DNA of 64,000 nt from Mytilus edulis (Eukaryota): assembly GCF_963676685.1 (NCBI RefSeq), contig NC_092348.1, positions 96,534,001 through 96,598,000 of the forward strand, read 5' to 3'. Made by a program: the position numbers and the translations under genes. The notes under the pieces are model-generated. The model saw only the letters and a program-made list of their open reading frames with translations. It made no database searches and had not been told where the DNA came from. Below are positions 39,701 through 52,800 of the stretch, in pieces; position 1 is the first letter of the stretch, and each line of letters starts with the position of its first letter.

Positions 39701-42700
39701 AAAATAATATAGATCTAAAACTACAAATTTTTGGAAATTGTTTTTTTTTTTAATTTAAGCCATATGATACCAAAACATGTACGGTCCAAATACTCGTATG
39801 GTCTGGAACATATGTAATCAGAACTATATAAAGCTTCATCTCTTGCCTTTCTGTAAGGATTAATGAAAGCAGAAGCTAGACTATTACATCATGTCTTCAT
39901 TTTATTCGGTTGTTATATGAAATAAAAGATGTTGAATCATTAAAATTTGTAGACATGGTATAGCGTAAACAATGGTTAACAATCACGTAATTTTGAACGC
40001 ATATCCGCCTAGACGTTAGCGGCGTTCGTTTTATTTTCAACGAGACGCTAGTAATTAATGTAAACTATAATGGCGGCGACCTGTGGACCGTCCCTAAATT
40101 GAAGGCTGAACTGAGCATTATTGGAAAACGCATCTACTCGTCCCTAGTACAAATACTGCGAATAAATTACTCGGGTATGCATCCTAAAAATGTGTTTTTC
40201 TATTGCGTATTATTTTCTGTGACATTTTTCTTTTCAGGTTTATGTACCAACCCTTCATTGGATTTCACTAGTTTTGTGTTCTCTCTAAATTGACATTGCT
40301 TTTTTTAACACTAGAGAAATGAAAATGTAGTTTGTGAATCAAATAATGAACTTACATAAAACATCCAGAAAGACGTAATTTGTTGTCGGATCTCCGATGC
40401 CATTGGTTGCATTACATGTGTAGTTGTTAGTATCGGTTCTGTTTAAATTATCTATAGTCAGAATATTACTGGTTTGTTCGGAAATCAGTTCTGAATTAAT
40501 AAACCATCTAAAATTGTTGACTGTAGGATTACTGTCCAGGATTAAGCAGGATATATTATATTGTTGAGTTCCTTCTATTGGGATTCCATTTGGATAAACA
40601 TCAATGTCCGGGGGATCTAAAAGAAAAGTCAATGAACAATAACTCTAGCGACGACAAACTCGATGCTAACAATGTGAAAATAAAAGTTTATTTCGACTTA
40701 TTTTTCTTTAATAAAGCAGATAATGGTTTATGTTCAAACGAAAAGTTAACACTTCATTATTATGAACACTATCACAAAAAATGACGTCTTCACTATCCAG
40801 ACCATGACATAATCAATTTAAACAAAATGACATCAACAATATAAGTCATATAGCGGGATGGTCATCTGAATGTTCTTTTTTGGCGGAGAGGGGTGGTTAA
40901 GGGTGGAATATACAGTTTCACCTGTTACTAAAACGGCTTTTTGTTTCTTTACTTTTTACGCATATAGTTTTTACTTTGTGTTGTGCAGAATATACATGGT
41001 CATCTTGTTTTAAAAAGTTTTTTTTAGTTCTTACCAGTCCAAAATATTCATTTCATTCTAAAACGTGTCACCAGTATGACAGCATCACTTTGACAATATT
41101 TCTGCTAAAAATTGCCAAGATCCTTCAAACACTTTGACAAAAACCCAACTTAAGTTTTCAAAGCTTCTTAAAGTTCGCCAAATTAAATTAAAATTGAGAA
41201 TGGAAATGTGGACTGTGTCAAAGAGACAACAAACCGCTCTAAAAGCAGAAAACAGCCCAAGGCAACCAATTAGTCTTCAACACAGCCAAAAAATATCGCA
41301 TCCAGAAGCGCGCTTCAGTACAAACCAACAGTGTGTCTACCCTTTCCAACAATTTTGCTATGATTACAACCAACAGTTCACATGATTCTTATTTTCAAAA
41401 CAATTGACAAGATTCACCTCTTACAATTACTGCTGTCAACTCTCCTATCTAACAAGTATGACATGATATCTTTTAATTGTACACCCTGACACCTTTCGCT
41501 ATTTAGGGAGATACCTTCGAAAAGTTCCAACATATATAAAAATGAGATATAAGATATACGCCAGCAACCAAACGATTAAGATAACCAAAGCAAATCTATA
41601 ATATCTTACATGTAATTGATAAGTATATTCTAGATGATTCTTCCTGTTCTTCACCACTCTCCGCAAAACAATACAATCGCTCCGAATTATCGGTCCTGTT
41701 CCCTGTATACGTTAGCGTACTGGTTCCCGATGGTCCTGTTTCATCAAACGTTGTTATTGTATAATTGTCATGAATCTGACGTCCAGATACGAACCATGTA
41801 AAATGTGGTAGAGGACGACTTCTAGCTGAACACGTGACATTGACTTCATCTTTCTCTTGTAGAGTTATGTTTTCTTTTATTTCCATATCTACAGCAACTA
41901 ACGGTACTGTTACATAAAAGAGTTTATATATTTAATTACTTTATGTAAAACGAATCGGTTTGCTTAATTTTTTTTTTAAACCAAAACGGTTTAATGTACG
42001 TGTGGATGTGTGTTTTTTTCCAACAAATCTTTTTTTCATGGGGAAATCTTTCCCGGATAATTGATATAGACATCTTACCCGGCCACGTCCACTTATATTT
42101 TTGTCCATCTGATGAGCTAAGCCTTTTTCAACTGATTTTTATAGTTCTTTCTAATGTTGTACTGTTATACCACTGTCCCAGATTAGGGGGAGGGTTGGTA
42201 TCACGCTAACATGTTTAACCCCGCCACATTTTTAAGTATGTGCCTGTCCAAAGTCAGGAGCCTGTAATTCAGTGGTTGTCGTTTGTTTATATGGTACATA
42301 TTTGTTTTTCGTTAACTTTTTTATATAAATAAGGCCGTTAGTTTTCTCGTTTGTATTGTTTTACATTGTCATATCGGGGCCTTTTTATAGCTGACTATGC
42401 GGTATGGGCTTTGCTCATTGTTGAAGGCCGTACGGTGACCTATAGTTGTTAATGTCTGTGTCATTTTGGTCTCTTGTGGACAGTTGTCTCATTGATAATC
42501 ATACCACATCTATGGCAAGCCGTTGTGTAATTTATTCTCTTTAAGAATAGTAAGAATAAACAAAACTTTTTCAACTTGTAATTTTTACAATAATTGGCAG
42601 ATTGCCGGATAAAAGCAGGTGTATCGTAGTATTTTTGTTATTCATATTTTCCACTGAACTGATTCAGCTACATGCTTGCAGTAACGTATAATCATCGTAT

Positions 42701-45424
42701 ATAAAAGCGCTCAAACTACTCTTATATATAGGTGGCGTATTTGTTAATATTAGAAAATGATTTTTTTAATATTGAAAAATCAACCTGAATATTTAATATT
42801 AGATATTCATTTTTAATATTAAAAAATAAGACCATTTATTAATATTAGAAAATGATTTATTAATATTAAAAAATGATTTTTTAATATTAATAAATAGGAT
42901 TTATTTTTAATATTAAATATTATTTTTTAATATTAAATATTATTTTTTAATATTAAATATTATTTTTTAATATTAAATATTATTTTTTAATATTAATAAA
43001 TCGAATATTTAATATTAAAAACTGATTTTTTAATATTAAAAAATAAAACCTATTTATCAATATTAAAAAATTAATATTTTTTAATATTAAAAAATAATAT
43101 TTAATATTAATAAATGATTTATTAATATTAATAAATAGGGAATAAATTCCACAACGGCTTGCCATACACATCTTCTTTTTTATATCTTAAGTTTTATTAT
43201 ACTGTTTGTATCACCCTGTACCAAAAGATATGGTTATAATGATGTATTAACACTGTCTGTCCGTCTGTATGTCTATCCGTCAGCCCAATGAAATTTCCGT
43301 CTGTTTGTCTAAAAAAAAATCCGTCCGTCCAAAAAAATCTCAATGCTTTTCCCTCAAGAACTGCAATATTGTAAATTATTGACCATGGTACGGTGACCTG
43401 TAAAAATTATTTAATCTTCGACATTTGATCAGGTCCGAATTGTTGTTTCATTGGCAATGATACGAATTTTTCTTATTTTAATATGTTTAACATTTTTGTC
43501 GCATTTTTCTAGAGAACTACAACTAATAGCTTCCTTTTACTTGTTATCAGACTTCGTGGCATCCTGCAGTACTAGTTTGTGGCGTGGGTTTCCGATTCAT
43601 CGCTTATCAAATTCCTGTTTACCAAATGCTGTTAAATCATTCTGACACATACTGACCGTTGATATATAACAACCGTAACGAATAAGAGTTTCTGAAACCT
43701 AAATTACATTTCTAACTTGTGTTTTTTCCGAAAGTTTTTTTTTAAATTCCTTCTTTCTGCTATTTTTTTCGTACTTAATTTTTTACGAATAACGGAACAT
43801 CATTACCACAGTTAAACAGATGGTGTTAATGTAAGAGTCCCCCCCCCCCCCTCCTACCCCAAACCTCCTTTATGTAACGATGTCGATACATGTGGTATGA
43901 GTGCCATTAAGATAAATCTCCGGAAACGACCGTCAGATACATAAAAAAAAAAGAGATTCAGTCTGAATGACAGGGAATTAGTTAAGCAACAATACGTAAA
44001 CACTATGAAAGAAGCCTACATGACAAAATGTGAAACAATGAATGTCCCTGGAGGAAGTTTCAATATCTTTCAGTAACATTTATTTAGTTCTTTTACTAAT
44101 AAGATACTATAATCAGTCTCTAACATACTTTCTTACCGTTCACATCAACAGTAATAAAGCCTTCCGAAAAATCCGAAACATCCCCACTATACAAAGCTTT
44201 ACATGTGACGTTATTTTGATGGTAAAAAGACAAAGCTCTTAAAATAGTCATAGAAAATGTTAATGATGGCCAGTCACAAGAGGCATCGAACACGGTTCTA
44301 TTTGGGTATTGAAATGGTTCACAAGTGTTATTAATTCTCCAGCTAGCTATTTCAATATCTAAGAACGACGATTCGAAAGCAACAAATCTCGGAGTTCCCG
44401 TTACTACACAAGTGAAATCTATGTTGTCTCCTTCTATAACCGGAAGTGTTTGGTCTACAGTCAAGTTGACTGTCTTTGATGTTGTTCCTGTAAAATACAA
44501 TTTGCTTTAATACAACATTCAACCTTGCTACATTTTGCTTGGATCAATGTGCATATTAATAATTTTGGTTATTCGTTCTGTTACGGATTTTTTTTCTTAT
44601 TTTTAACTTAATTGATTTGTATTGTGTTAATGGTCTAATGAGAATGAACAAAGTTTATTATTTAGGCGTCTAACTTCTTCCAAACATTAACAAACTATTT
44701 ATTGTATTCACTTATAACAAAGAATATAGAAAATGAAGATGTGGTATGATTGTCAGTGAGACAACTCTCCACAAGAGACAAAAATGACACAGAAATTAAC
44801 AACTATAGGTCACCGAACGGCCCTCAACAATGAGCAAAGCCCATACCGCATAGTCAGCTCAGTATAAAAGGCCCCGAGATGACAATGTAACACAATTTAA
44901 ATGAGAAAACTAACGGCTTAATTTATGTACAAAAAAAAACGAAAAACAAATATGTAACACATAAGCAAACGACAACCACTGAATAACAGGCTCCTGACTT
45001 GGGAAAGGCACATACATATATTAAACATGTTAGCGGGATCCCAACCTCTCCCTAACCTAGAACAACTGGTATAACAGTACAACATAAGACAGTTATTTTT
45101 TTATATAGACCATAAATTTTCTGAATTATTTCATTTGTACTTTAATATGCTCTACATTTGCGAGTTCTAAAATTAAATGAAGGGTATCGAAAAACATGTA
45201 TTTATTACGAAACTACTGGCATAATCTATCAAATTTGTCGTTAGGCTTTCTTAATTTTCGGGTTTAAAAATGTGTTTTAAAAGATAAAACATACTGAATA
45301 TTAAAAAAGTCATCTTAAACATTATCCACAAACTATTCTGACATAAATTATTAATCAATTAAAACTTACTTTGAAAATAAACAAAACAATACACCGAAAT
45401 CCAAAATATGTTCCTCCACGCCAT
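27711..45424 (-). CDS. Gene A: IgSF type I receptor (5 Ig, TM, Tyr/ITIM tail), ~630 aa. Exons 45424-45370, 44487-44137, 41906-41610, 40616-40356, 37603-37334, 36813-36496, 35224-35105, [34412-34382 cassette], 28070-27888, 27748-27711
   Basis: All introns phase 1 and GT-AG; 1893 nt in frame without the 31-nt exon. Signal MAWRNIFWISVYCFVYFQ; one Ig domain per exon (e.g. CSARSRPLPHFTW..LYC; CLILDSNP..FRW..DTNNYTC); TM AIVAGVLGAVVFIILAACVV then RKKQKK; tail with KIYAKV and SAYNMI (S-x-Y-x-x-I ITIM consensus). Confidence 0.85.
30795..30838 (-). ncRNA. Type I hammerhead ribozyme, family 2, intact, inside a ~240-bp repeat (~30770-31010)
   Basis: GCAUCA CUGAAGA GACA-UGUAU-UGUC GAAA U-GCGC-A UC^ UGGUGC: full catalytic core, stems I and II paired, minimal palindromic stem III. 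Confidence 0.85.
31092..32017 (-). mobile_element. HINE, same family as 6749-8747
   Basis: Shared ends AACCAGAT..GCAGCTTTATACGACC and TTTTGCGG.TGTATAAAAA, (GAC)n tract and internal repeats. Confidence 0.75.
32313..33100 (+). mobile_element. HINE with ~3.5 internal 166-bp repeats, inserted into the T-run of a SINE-like repeat (~32072-33128)
   Basis: TTAGCTCACCTGGCCC..GGGCCAAGTGAGC, (GTC)n, units starting 32427, 32593, 32759, 32925, end AGGTGAGCGA..AGGCTCTTGAGGGCCTCTAGTT. The host repeat is uninterrupted at this point in its copy at 42080-42350. Confidence 0.85.
37668..39812. mobile_element. Non-autonomous TIR element
   Basis: TGTTCCAGACCGTATGAGGATTTTGACCGTAC / GTACGGTCCAAATACTCGTATGGTCTGGAACA; subterminal CGTACGGTCTGGAC repeats. 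Confidence 0.7.
42511..43166. mobile_element. IS3EU-like MITE with 6-bp TSD and AT-rich internal tandem repeats, inserted in a SINE-like repeat (~42080-43187)
   Basis: TIR TATGGCAAGCCGTTGTG / CACAACGGCTTGCCATA; TSD CACATC at 42505-42510 and 43167-43172. TAY..RTA ends with a 6-bp TSD fit IS3EU. Confidence 0.8.
44730..45090 (-). mobile_element. Abundant SINE/PLE-like interspersed repeat (reverse copy of the 42080-42510 family; related copies ~47080-47505 and ~55636-55760)
   Basis: Shared GTTGTCTCATTGGCAATCATACCACATCTTC and CCCAAGTCAGGAGCCTGT blocks. Confidence 0.7.
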
Positions 45425-45643
45425 TTTGGACAAGGTCCTTATCGAAGTAAGAGAAATAATTTCATACAAAACAAATTACAGCTATCTAAGACAAAGTCAT
45501 AAAACTATAAATTGTGTTGACTTAGAATATTTACAAATGTAGGGTGGGTTTTACAACGGTTATAATCAAGTGTTAGTCCGTATGTTGTCGTTAAGACAAT
45601 AACTTTGGCAGTATGATGGAAATGTAACACGAACAGTACACAG
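45425..45643. promoter_or_regulatory. Candidate bidirectional promoter and 5' UTRs between gene A (ATG 45424, -) and gene B (5' UTR exon ending 45643, +)
   Basis: Divergent ATGs with 362 nt between them; donor CAG|GTATGT at 45643/45644 and acceptor TTCAG at 45771 define a gene B 5' UTR intron. Confidence 0.55.
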
Positions 45644-45786
45644 GTATGTTACTCAACAAAACTTGATAATGTTGTCATATTTTATTAAAAAATTAATCAC
45701 AAACATCAAATTCGTAAATTTCTGGTATACATCAGAATTTAATAATGCAATGCTGTTTTATGTCTATTCAGGTATATAGAACTGCA

Positions 45787-48700
45787 ATGGTTGGTACAAG
45801 GTCATCACGGCTGTTCGCTTTAATGGTGATTTTACATTTAACAGTTTGTGAAGGTAAGCTTTGATAAAAAAAAAAATAAAAAAAATAGAGATGTGGTATT
45901 ATGACCAAAGTCTTGTAAAGGACGAAGATGGGACGGTTACAGGTCACATGACAGTCTTCAACAATGAGCAAAACCCCAACAGTATATTTAGCTATAAAAG
46001 GCCTCGACATGACAAAACATAAATCAATTTAAAAGTCAAAAACAACTACAACTTTAATCGAACTACTTTTATGGCAGACCTTTTAAGTAGCTATAACTAC
46101 TGGATTACATCTTCCAGATTTTGGGTATACGTATACGTATTACTATTTGGAATGTAGCAGGGATGACCATGATTATTTACTTAACACTTCCCCTAACAAG
46201 TACCGGTCTTAGAATGCTCGTACTTACTAAAAAGTTCTAAAACGAATGTCCATAAATGAATGAACCATTTTCTACAAGACTTTAGATCACTGTACGGCCT
46301 GTTCATTGTACAATGAAAAAAAAACCAAGCCGTAAAGTATTATGGTAATTTATATCTATATCCTAACATTTATAGATCCGCACACACTAAACAAAACCAA
46401 ATATTCGTTTTTTGTTTTTCAGGACAGCTGACTTTTTCTACGGGTTATATCATTGAGGGACAGCCAATAACAATTTTCTGTAGAATACCTGATTTTAATG
46501 GCATAGCTCACTGGATTAAAGATGACGAACAGTTCACAGCAACAACTTGTAGTAATTCTGGTTTTTGTAAGGTAGAAAATGAAGGCACGAGATACAGGTA
46601 TGCCAGTAATGTTTCTGGTATATCTGTGACCATTAGTAATATAGCCAGAAACGAAGAGAGAGATTGGAAATGTGGCCATCCTGGATATGATTCAACAGTC
46701 TACAGAATACGGTATAATGAGAATGTTTTCAGTAAGTATAATCAAAATCAATACTCTGATATTTTTGCTGATGATAGCACTATTCCTGTGATTGGGGAAA
46801 ACAAGTTGTATAAGTCGAACACAAAATAATATATATTTTATTCAGATTTTTTTTTTATTCTGAAGGAGTTTGGGGAGGGGCAAAAAAGATTCATCTTTTT
46901 ATTTGTTCTACCTATTAATTTCATGTAGTGTAGACGTTTTTTTTTTCAAAAGTGATTATTTTCTTTAGAAGGGTGGTTAAATATTTCGCGGTGGTGTCTT
47001 GTCAAGGCTATTTTTTGCCTTGTTTGTTTGCTTTTTGGCCTTGAATGTGTGTCCCTTATATTTTATTAAGTATGTATTTGCATTCAGGTATCGCAGATCA
47101 AATGTATTCGTTTATAGTGTGTTGATTTACCTTTTTTGATTGAGTTAAGCCTTCCAATTGATATTTTATCGTGTGTTTTTCTATGTTGTGTGATGGTGTA
47201 CTATTGTTTCAGAAAAAGGGAGAAGGTTAAAACGTTTAATCCCGCTGCAAATGTTTGCACCTGTCCTAAGTCAGGAATCTGATGTACAGTAGCTGTCGTT
47301 TGTTTATGTAATTTATACGTGTTTCTCGTTTTTTATATAGATTAGACCGTTGGTTTTCCCGTTTGAATGGTTTTACACTAGTAATTCTGGGACCCTTTAT
47401 AGCTTGTTGTTCGGTTTGAGTCAAGGCTCCGTGTTGAAGGCCGTACATTGACCTATAATGGTTTACTTTTATAAATTGTTATTTGGATGGAGAGTTGTCT
47501 CATTAGTTTAAACAATATTTTATTCAAAAAGTGCATGAAATATAATTATAGAAATGTGTAAAAAAACGTTTAATAGGTTAACATAATCAAAAAAAGGGGT
47601 TACCCAAACCCTGGTATCCTATATTTTTCCTATTCAAGGTATACCAGTGTATTTTCATAGATCTCCGTTTTAGTAGAACTTATATCGAAATAATGCATCC
47701 AAGCAAATTTGATTTCGTCATTATCCGAATGAGTTTGCCTCCATGGGGTAAATCTGCAACTTCAGTTTGATTTCAGGCTTTATTCTTCTCATTTTACATG
47801 TATACGCGATTGTTCTGGAGTCAAAAATATATATGAATTTGTTTTAAAGCAATCACATTCTCTCTAGTTTTCTTCATGACATCTTTAAATATAAATCACG
47901 ATCTCCAATTCTCAAAACGTCCATTGTATACGCGCGTTTGTTATCCGACCCCTCATCCGGGACACTTTCAGCGCCACATGACACTTTTATTGGTATTAGA
48001 GATTTGCGCATCCGCAAACGGAAGGCCGGACGAATAGGTATGGATTGTGTCATCCGAACTTACAAAGTGATAAGAGTTAAATGCTATGCTTCAACTGTAG
48101 TTTACACATACTTTATTGTCCAAAAACATTGACAATAGGGTTAGACACAAGTTTTGCGACTTTGAACGTCTTCTTCACGACTGTAATAAATAAGTGAGAG
48201 GTTTGGTTCCGTAGAATATATATGTGGTCTCTATATTATTATGTATACAAACAACATATGAAACCATTCTTGAGTATAAGTGTTATTTTTTTTTATTGGG
48301 CCTGGGACTTTCCCCATTACGTTGATGTAATTGAACTTTTGAGGTTAATTTGTCATTGTTTTTCACATTTTCGAGAACTTTTGTCATTTATTTCCCAAGA
48401 ACTTTTAAATATCAACTTCAGTAATTTTGATTGCCCTTAAACACATTTGATACTCTTCTTTATTTTAAACTTAATCCAAGCAACATTCCCACATGTATTT
48501 GAAAAGTTATCCATGTCTTTATCTGAATTACAGTTATATCCGATAGTGTAGTAGTAGATGGATTGGACAGGAATGTAACACTAGGAGATGATATACCCAC
48601 TGTTACACTAACTTTTACTACGGGATGTATGCATCCATATCCAACAGTTGCTGTTTACTCCAAACAAGTAAGTATTCCATGTAATGTTAGGGAATGTAAC

Positions 48701-49872
48701 ACTAAGAGATGATATACCCACGGTGACCCTGACTTTTACTACGGGATGTATTCATCCATATCCTACAGTTGCTGTTTACTCCAAACAAGTAAGTATTCCA
48801 TGTAATGTTAGGGAATGTAACACTAAGAGATGATATACCCACGGTGACCCTGACTTTTACTACGGGATGTATTCATCCATATCCTACAGTTGCTGTTTAC
48901 TCCAAACAAGTAAGTATTTCATGACTGTAATAACTGAACATAGGAGAGAGGTTTGGTGCCGTAGAACATGTTAGGAATGAATAACGTGTAAGGGTAAGCG
49001 TTAATGAGACAGAAAAAAACATGTCACGTTTAAGTTAATTTTATATGCTTGAAGCTGCGTATTTTGTTAAATATATTAATTGGAACTTTTGCCGTTGACA
49101 CAGCAGATCTGATATAGGTCACAACTTTTGTTATTTTAACACAATCCAGCGGTGTAAAAGTGACTACCTGTGAACCTAAAACACACTGAAATATTCTACA
49201 AAGTCATCTCTATGAATGAACACTTTTTACGTAAATGATTTTAGATTTTCTAAATATTCACAGTAAAACTATTCAAAATAAAACAATAACATACAAACTA
49301 TACAATTGTATATAAGCTAGCAAAGTAACATAAGAAATATGCACCTTTAAATCACGAAAAATATCCAACAATTTTAGGCTTCGTGTACGCCATGCGCGTT
49401 TCATCTACAAAAGACCCATCGGTGACGCTTAATTCAAACATCTTAAAAGGCCAAATAGTGTACGCAGTTGAAGAACATTGTGGGACCGAAAGTCCGAAAG
49501 TTTTTGCTGAATTCAGCAATATAAGAATTTCAATTGTAGTATGTTGACACGTGAAATAATACTTTACATGATTCAAAAATGAACCTGTACTCAGGTAAGG
49601 TACTTTTTAACAATGGTTAATAAAAATCGGTTTCTTTTTTCAACAGAACACTAACGCATCAATCACTTCAGAAATAGACTATGTGAATGTGACAAGTACA
49701 ACGTGTACGGTTCCTGAAGCTGGTTATACAGGGGCGATAACTATTTATTCAGATACCACTTGTAATACTACACTCTTCCCACGATTGCTGATTACGCCGA
49801 CAGGTTTACCATTGGAGTATACTACAACTGAATGGATGTCCAGTCATTTCATAAAGTTTCCTACTTGTAAAG
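45787..49872 (+). CDS. Gene B ectodomain exons: signal 45787-45853, Ig V-like 46423-46731, second Ig-like domain split over 48534-48667 and 49647-49872
   Basis: MVGTRSSRLFALMVILHLTVCEG | QLTFSTGYIIEGQPITIFCRIPDFNGIAHWIKD...VTISNIARNEERDWKC; phases 1,1,0,1 all compatible; GT-AG throughout. Confidence 0.85.
48570..48920 (+). repeat. 121-bp tandem triplication of an exon 3' part plus splice donor
   Basis: Copies at 48570-48667, 48691-48788 and 48812-48909, each followed by GTAAGTATT. Confidence 0.95.
49387..49428 (-). ncRNA. Degenerate hammerhead, family 1 (core CCGAUGG, cleavage triplet damaged); further degenerate minus-strand copies at 18209-18250, 59474-59515, 59683-59719 and 57587-57631 (family 2)
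   Basis: Alignment by eye to the 60875-60918 and 30795-30838 motifs and their flanking repeat. Confidence 0.6.
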
Positions 49873-52800
49873 GTAAATGATGTTTAAATCTATTAGTCGC
49901 TGTAATTTTAGAGCAGATTTTACAAAACAACGAATGTTCAATGTAATGACCTACATTCTACATCTATTTTATAGTTTATATTCAGGTTCTGTGGATTTGG
50001 TGGCTGTAATTTATTTAAAGATAATACGCCAAAATCAACATATATTGCACCAGAGATTTTCAAGAAACTGTTTCGTTTTGCTTTCCCTTGTACTGTAGCC
50101 GATTGTCCACATATTCGCCACCAATATAGGATATCATTCAGACAGGCACCTCATAAACTTCCTTCGTACGTTTGCTAGAATTCACTTGATTAAATCTACG
50201 AAACAATAAGATATCCCTACCCTGTTTGCAACATGAGAGAAATTTTTTGCAACATATCAGTCTTGATTCTTAACTGATCATCAAGAAATTGAGAACTGTT
50301 GTACACGGTTATTAAAGATATATTTTACTCATGATGTCAGCATCTAAAATTGTTCCGAGAGGAGAAAGGAATTTACCTAACTCACCCTTTGGGCCACCTT
50401 ATGGATAAATACATATTAATAATTTATTTCAGTCGACGCTCAGATGCTTTTTTTGGTGTAATACCAGATATCCAGTGCATAACATTAGATCTCCGATGTT
50501 ATGTATTTTTCATAAGTCTACAATGTAATAGGACAGAGATTACCTGACGAGAATAGGACAATGAAATATAAAAATAACCAAACTTTTCTACAGAAAACGA
50601 AATTAAGAACTTTAAAAAGATATTTTTGCTTAATGCTTTGATCTGTATTGCATATACTGATTTAGGGCTAAATTTTATTTTATTTCATTTTATATAATAT
50701 TGTATTTCTAGCGGTACGTTGTTGTTTAAACTTTTTTTTCAGTTCTTTGTTATATTGTATAATTGGACGGTTCCCCTGCGAACTATCTGAAGACAGACAA
50801 ATATTTCTCAAATCTAAGATTATTAGTGTTTAGTTTTCGGTGGAAACTTTTAAACTTGGAAAAGTATTCGATCTATTTCAAAGCCGTTTTATATATTATG
50901 GGGTACCGGTTCCAACTTATGCAAAAGCTCCCAAAAGAAATTCATGCGGCATAACATGTGCCCCCCCCCCCCCCTAATCCCTCTCGATCATCATTTATAT
51001 TGTTCCCTGGACAATAAAGACAATGTTGTTGAAAATTCAATTGAGGCATGCCATTTATCAAAATGAATATAGATTAAATGAACTAAACATCAATTTAGTT
51101 ATAAGAAATACTATGCATTCAAAAGTTGTTACTAAGGAATTCTTAAGTAGACGTTATTCAGTCAGGCAAGATTTACAAGAAGTAAGAAAAATAAATAGAA
51201 TAATATTCTCCCTTAGATAAACTTTAAATATCAAAGACTTCTCACAGATTTTGTAATGACCCAATATTTATTTACCCTGAGAGTTGTAAAATTTAAAGGC
51301 GACACTGTTACTTTTAGTTGTATGATGTGTTGTTTCGTATCTTGTTAGTTTACAGCCTTACACTTGACTCCATCCAGGGGTCGAGGGTTTGATAAGTAGG
51401 GGAAAATTTATTCGGTTTGGTATATTGGATCATAAACATTTGTCAATACACATACTTTGCTTAAATCTATACTGTTATTTGGTATTTACATTTTATGTTT
51501 AAATGTAAAGCTTGAAATTGAAAGGAATTTATTACGTTAAAGTAAATAGATATATCTAACCCTAAATTTGGATTTTCATGTTTGAAAGCATGAAATATTT
51601 AGAGTGGAATTGATTTATCTAGTTTATTTTACCCCAATTGAATATGAAGTATTTTGCCTCTTGTGTGTACAGTTTGCTGTGTCTTACAGAATTTAGGAAG
51701 ACATAAATGATTTCCTAAAGGTGCAATGTCCGTCAAAAGTGTGGGTGAATTGATATTAAATTAATTCCCCGTTCCTGATTAAGGTAGTCTTACTGACAAT
51801 AACATGATTTGTAGGCAATCGGCTGTACCAGTGTTAAAACTAGTGCAAGATTGTAGAACATAGCTACAAAATTATATCTTAATGCCCCCTTGACTATACT
51901 AACTGATTTTATTTATATATATGTGAATGTTCTTACGATTTTTATTTCTCGTTCATTCAAAGACAAATGTAGGATAGTACAATATGTATTAATGGCACAA
52001 GATTTTGTCTTATCATGTGTATTGAGTTTGGTGTTTCCTAAAAGTTAAGGAACACGACAACAAAAAAGTAAACATTTGAATAAGATGTGGATTAAAAAAG
52101 ATTTACATGAACGAATGCCTTAGATATGATACTAATATAAGGATAACAGAAATTAACAAAACTATTGAACAGTAAAACATATCACAACAATAACAAAACA
52201 ATAAAAACAACCAAATCAAAATACAACTAACATTATCCGAAAAAAGTAAAATCACAAAAATACTGAACTCAGAGGAAAATTCAAAACGGAAAGACCCTTA
52301 TCAATTGACAACATCAAAAGATAAAACACATCAAACGAATGGAACCGATAGAGAGACTCCAGTTGACTCAAAGTTCGTTTTATTGTATATGGTTTCAACG
52401 AAAGCTTTTGAAAAGTTTTTTAAGAACATGTTGTAACAAGATATCGGCTTCCAAGTAATCTCCTTATTAAACCAATGATCGGGGCAAATTATTTACAACT
52501 ACTCAAAATAGATAGATAATTGAATACTCAAATTGCTTTGTCGTTTATGATTCTTAAACTAAATTTGTTTGAGTATGTATTTATAGATATTCTAGTCCAT
52601 AAAACGTCATCTTCATATCTATTAAATTTAAATTTTGTACTAATTTTCCGTAACTTCGACTTCAGATTTGTATGCTGAAAATTATCAAAAAAAAAGCATA
52701 TGATACATATTTAACATACATGCACTATAATTGACCGTTTAAATCTATAGACGATAATTTACATAATTGCGTGTTTCTAACGGCCAAATAATGTTTTCTG

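Noticed and set aside
43597-43691. Possible phase-1 terminal exon giving a secreted one-Ig isoform of gene A
   Set aside because: Only a plausible acceptor and a 31-aa frame; no independent support.
50433-50547. Possible terminal or GPI-signal exon of gene B
   Set aside because: In the required phase it stops after 9 codons; the longer frame needs an unproven indel.
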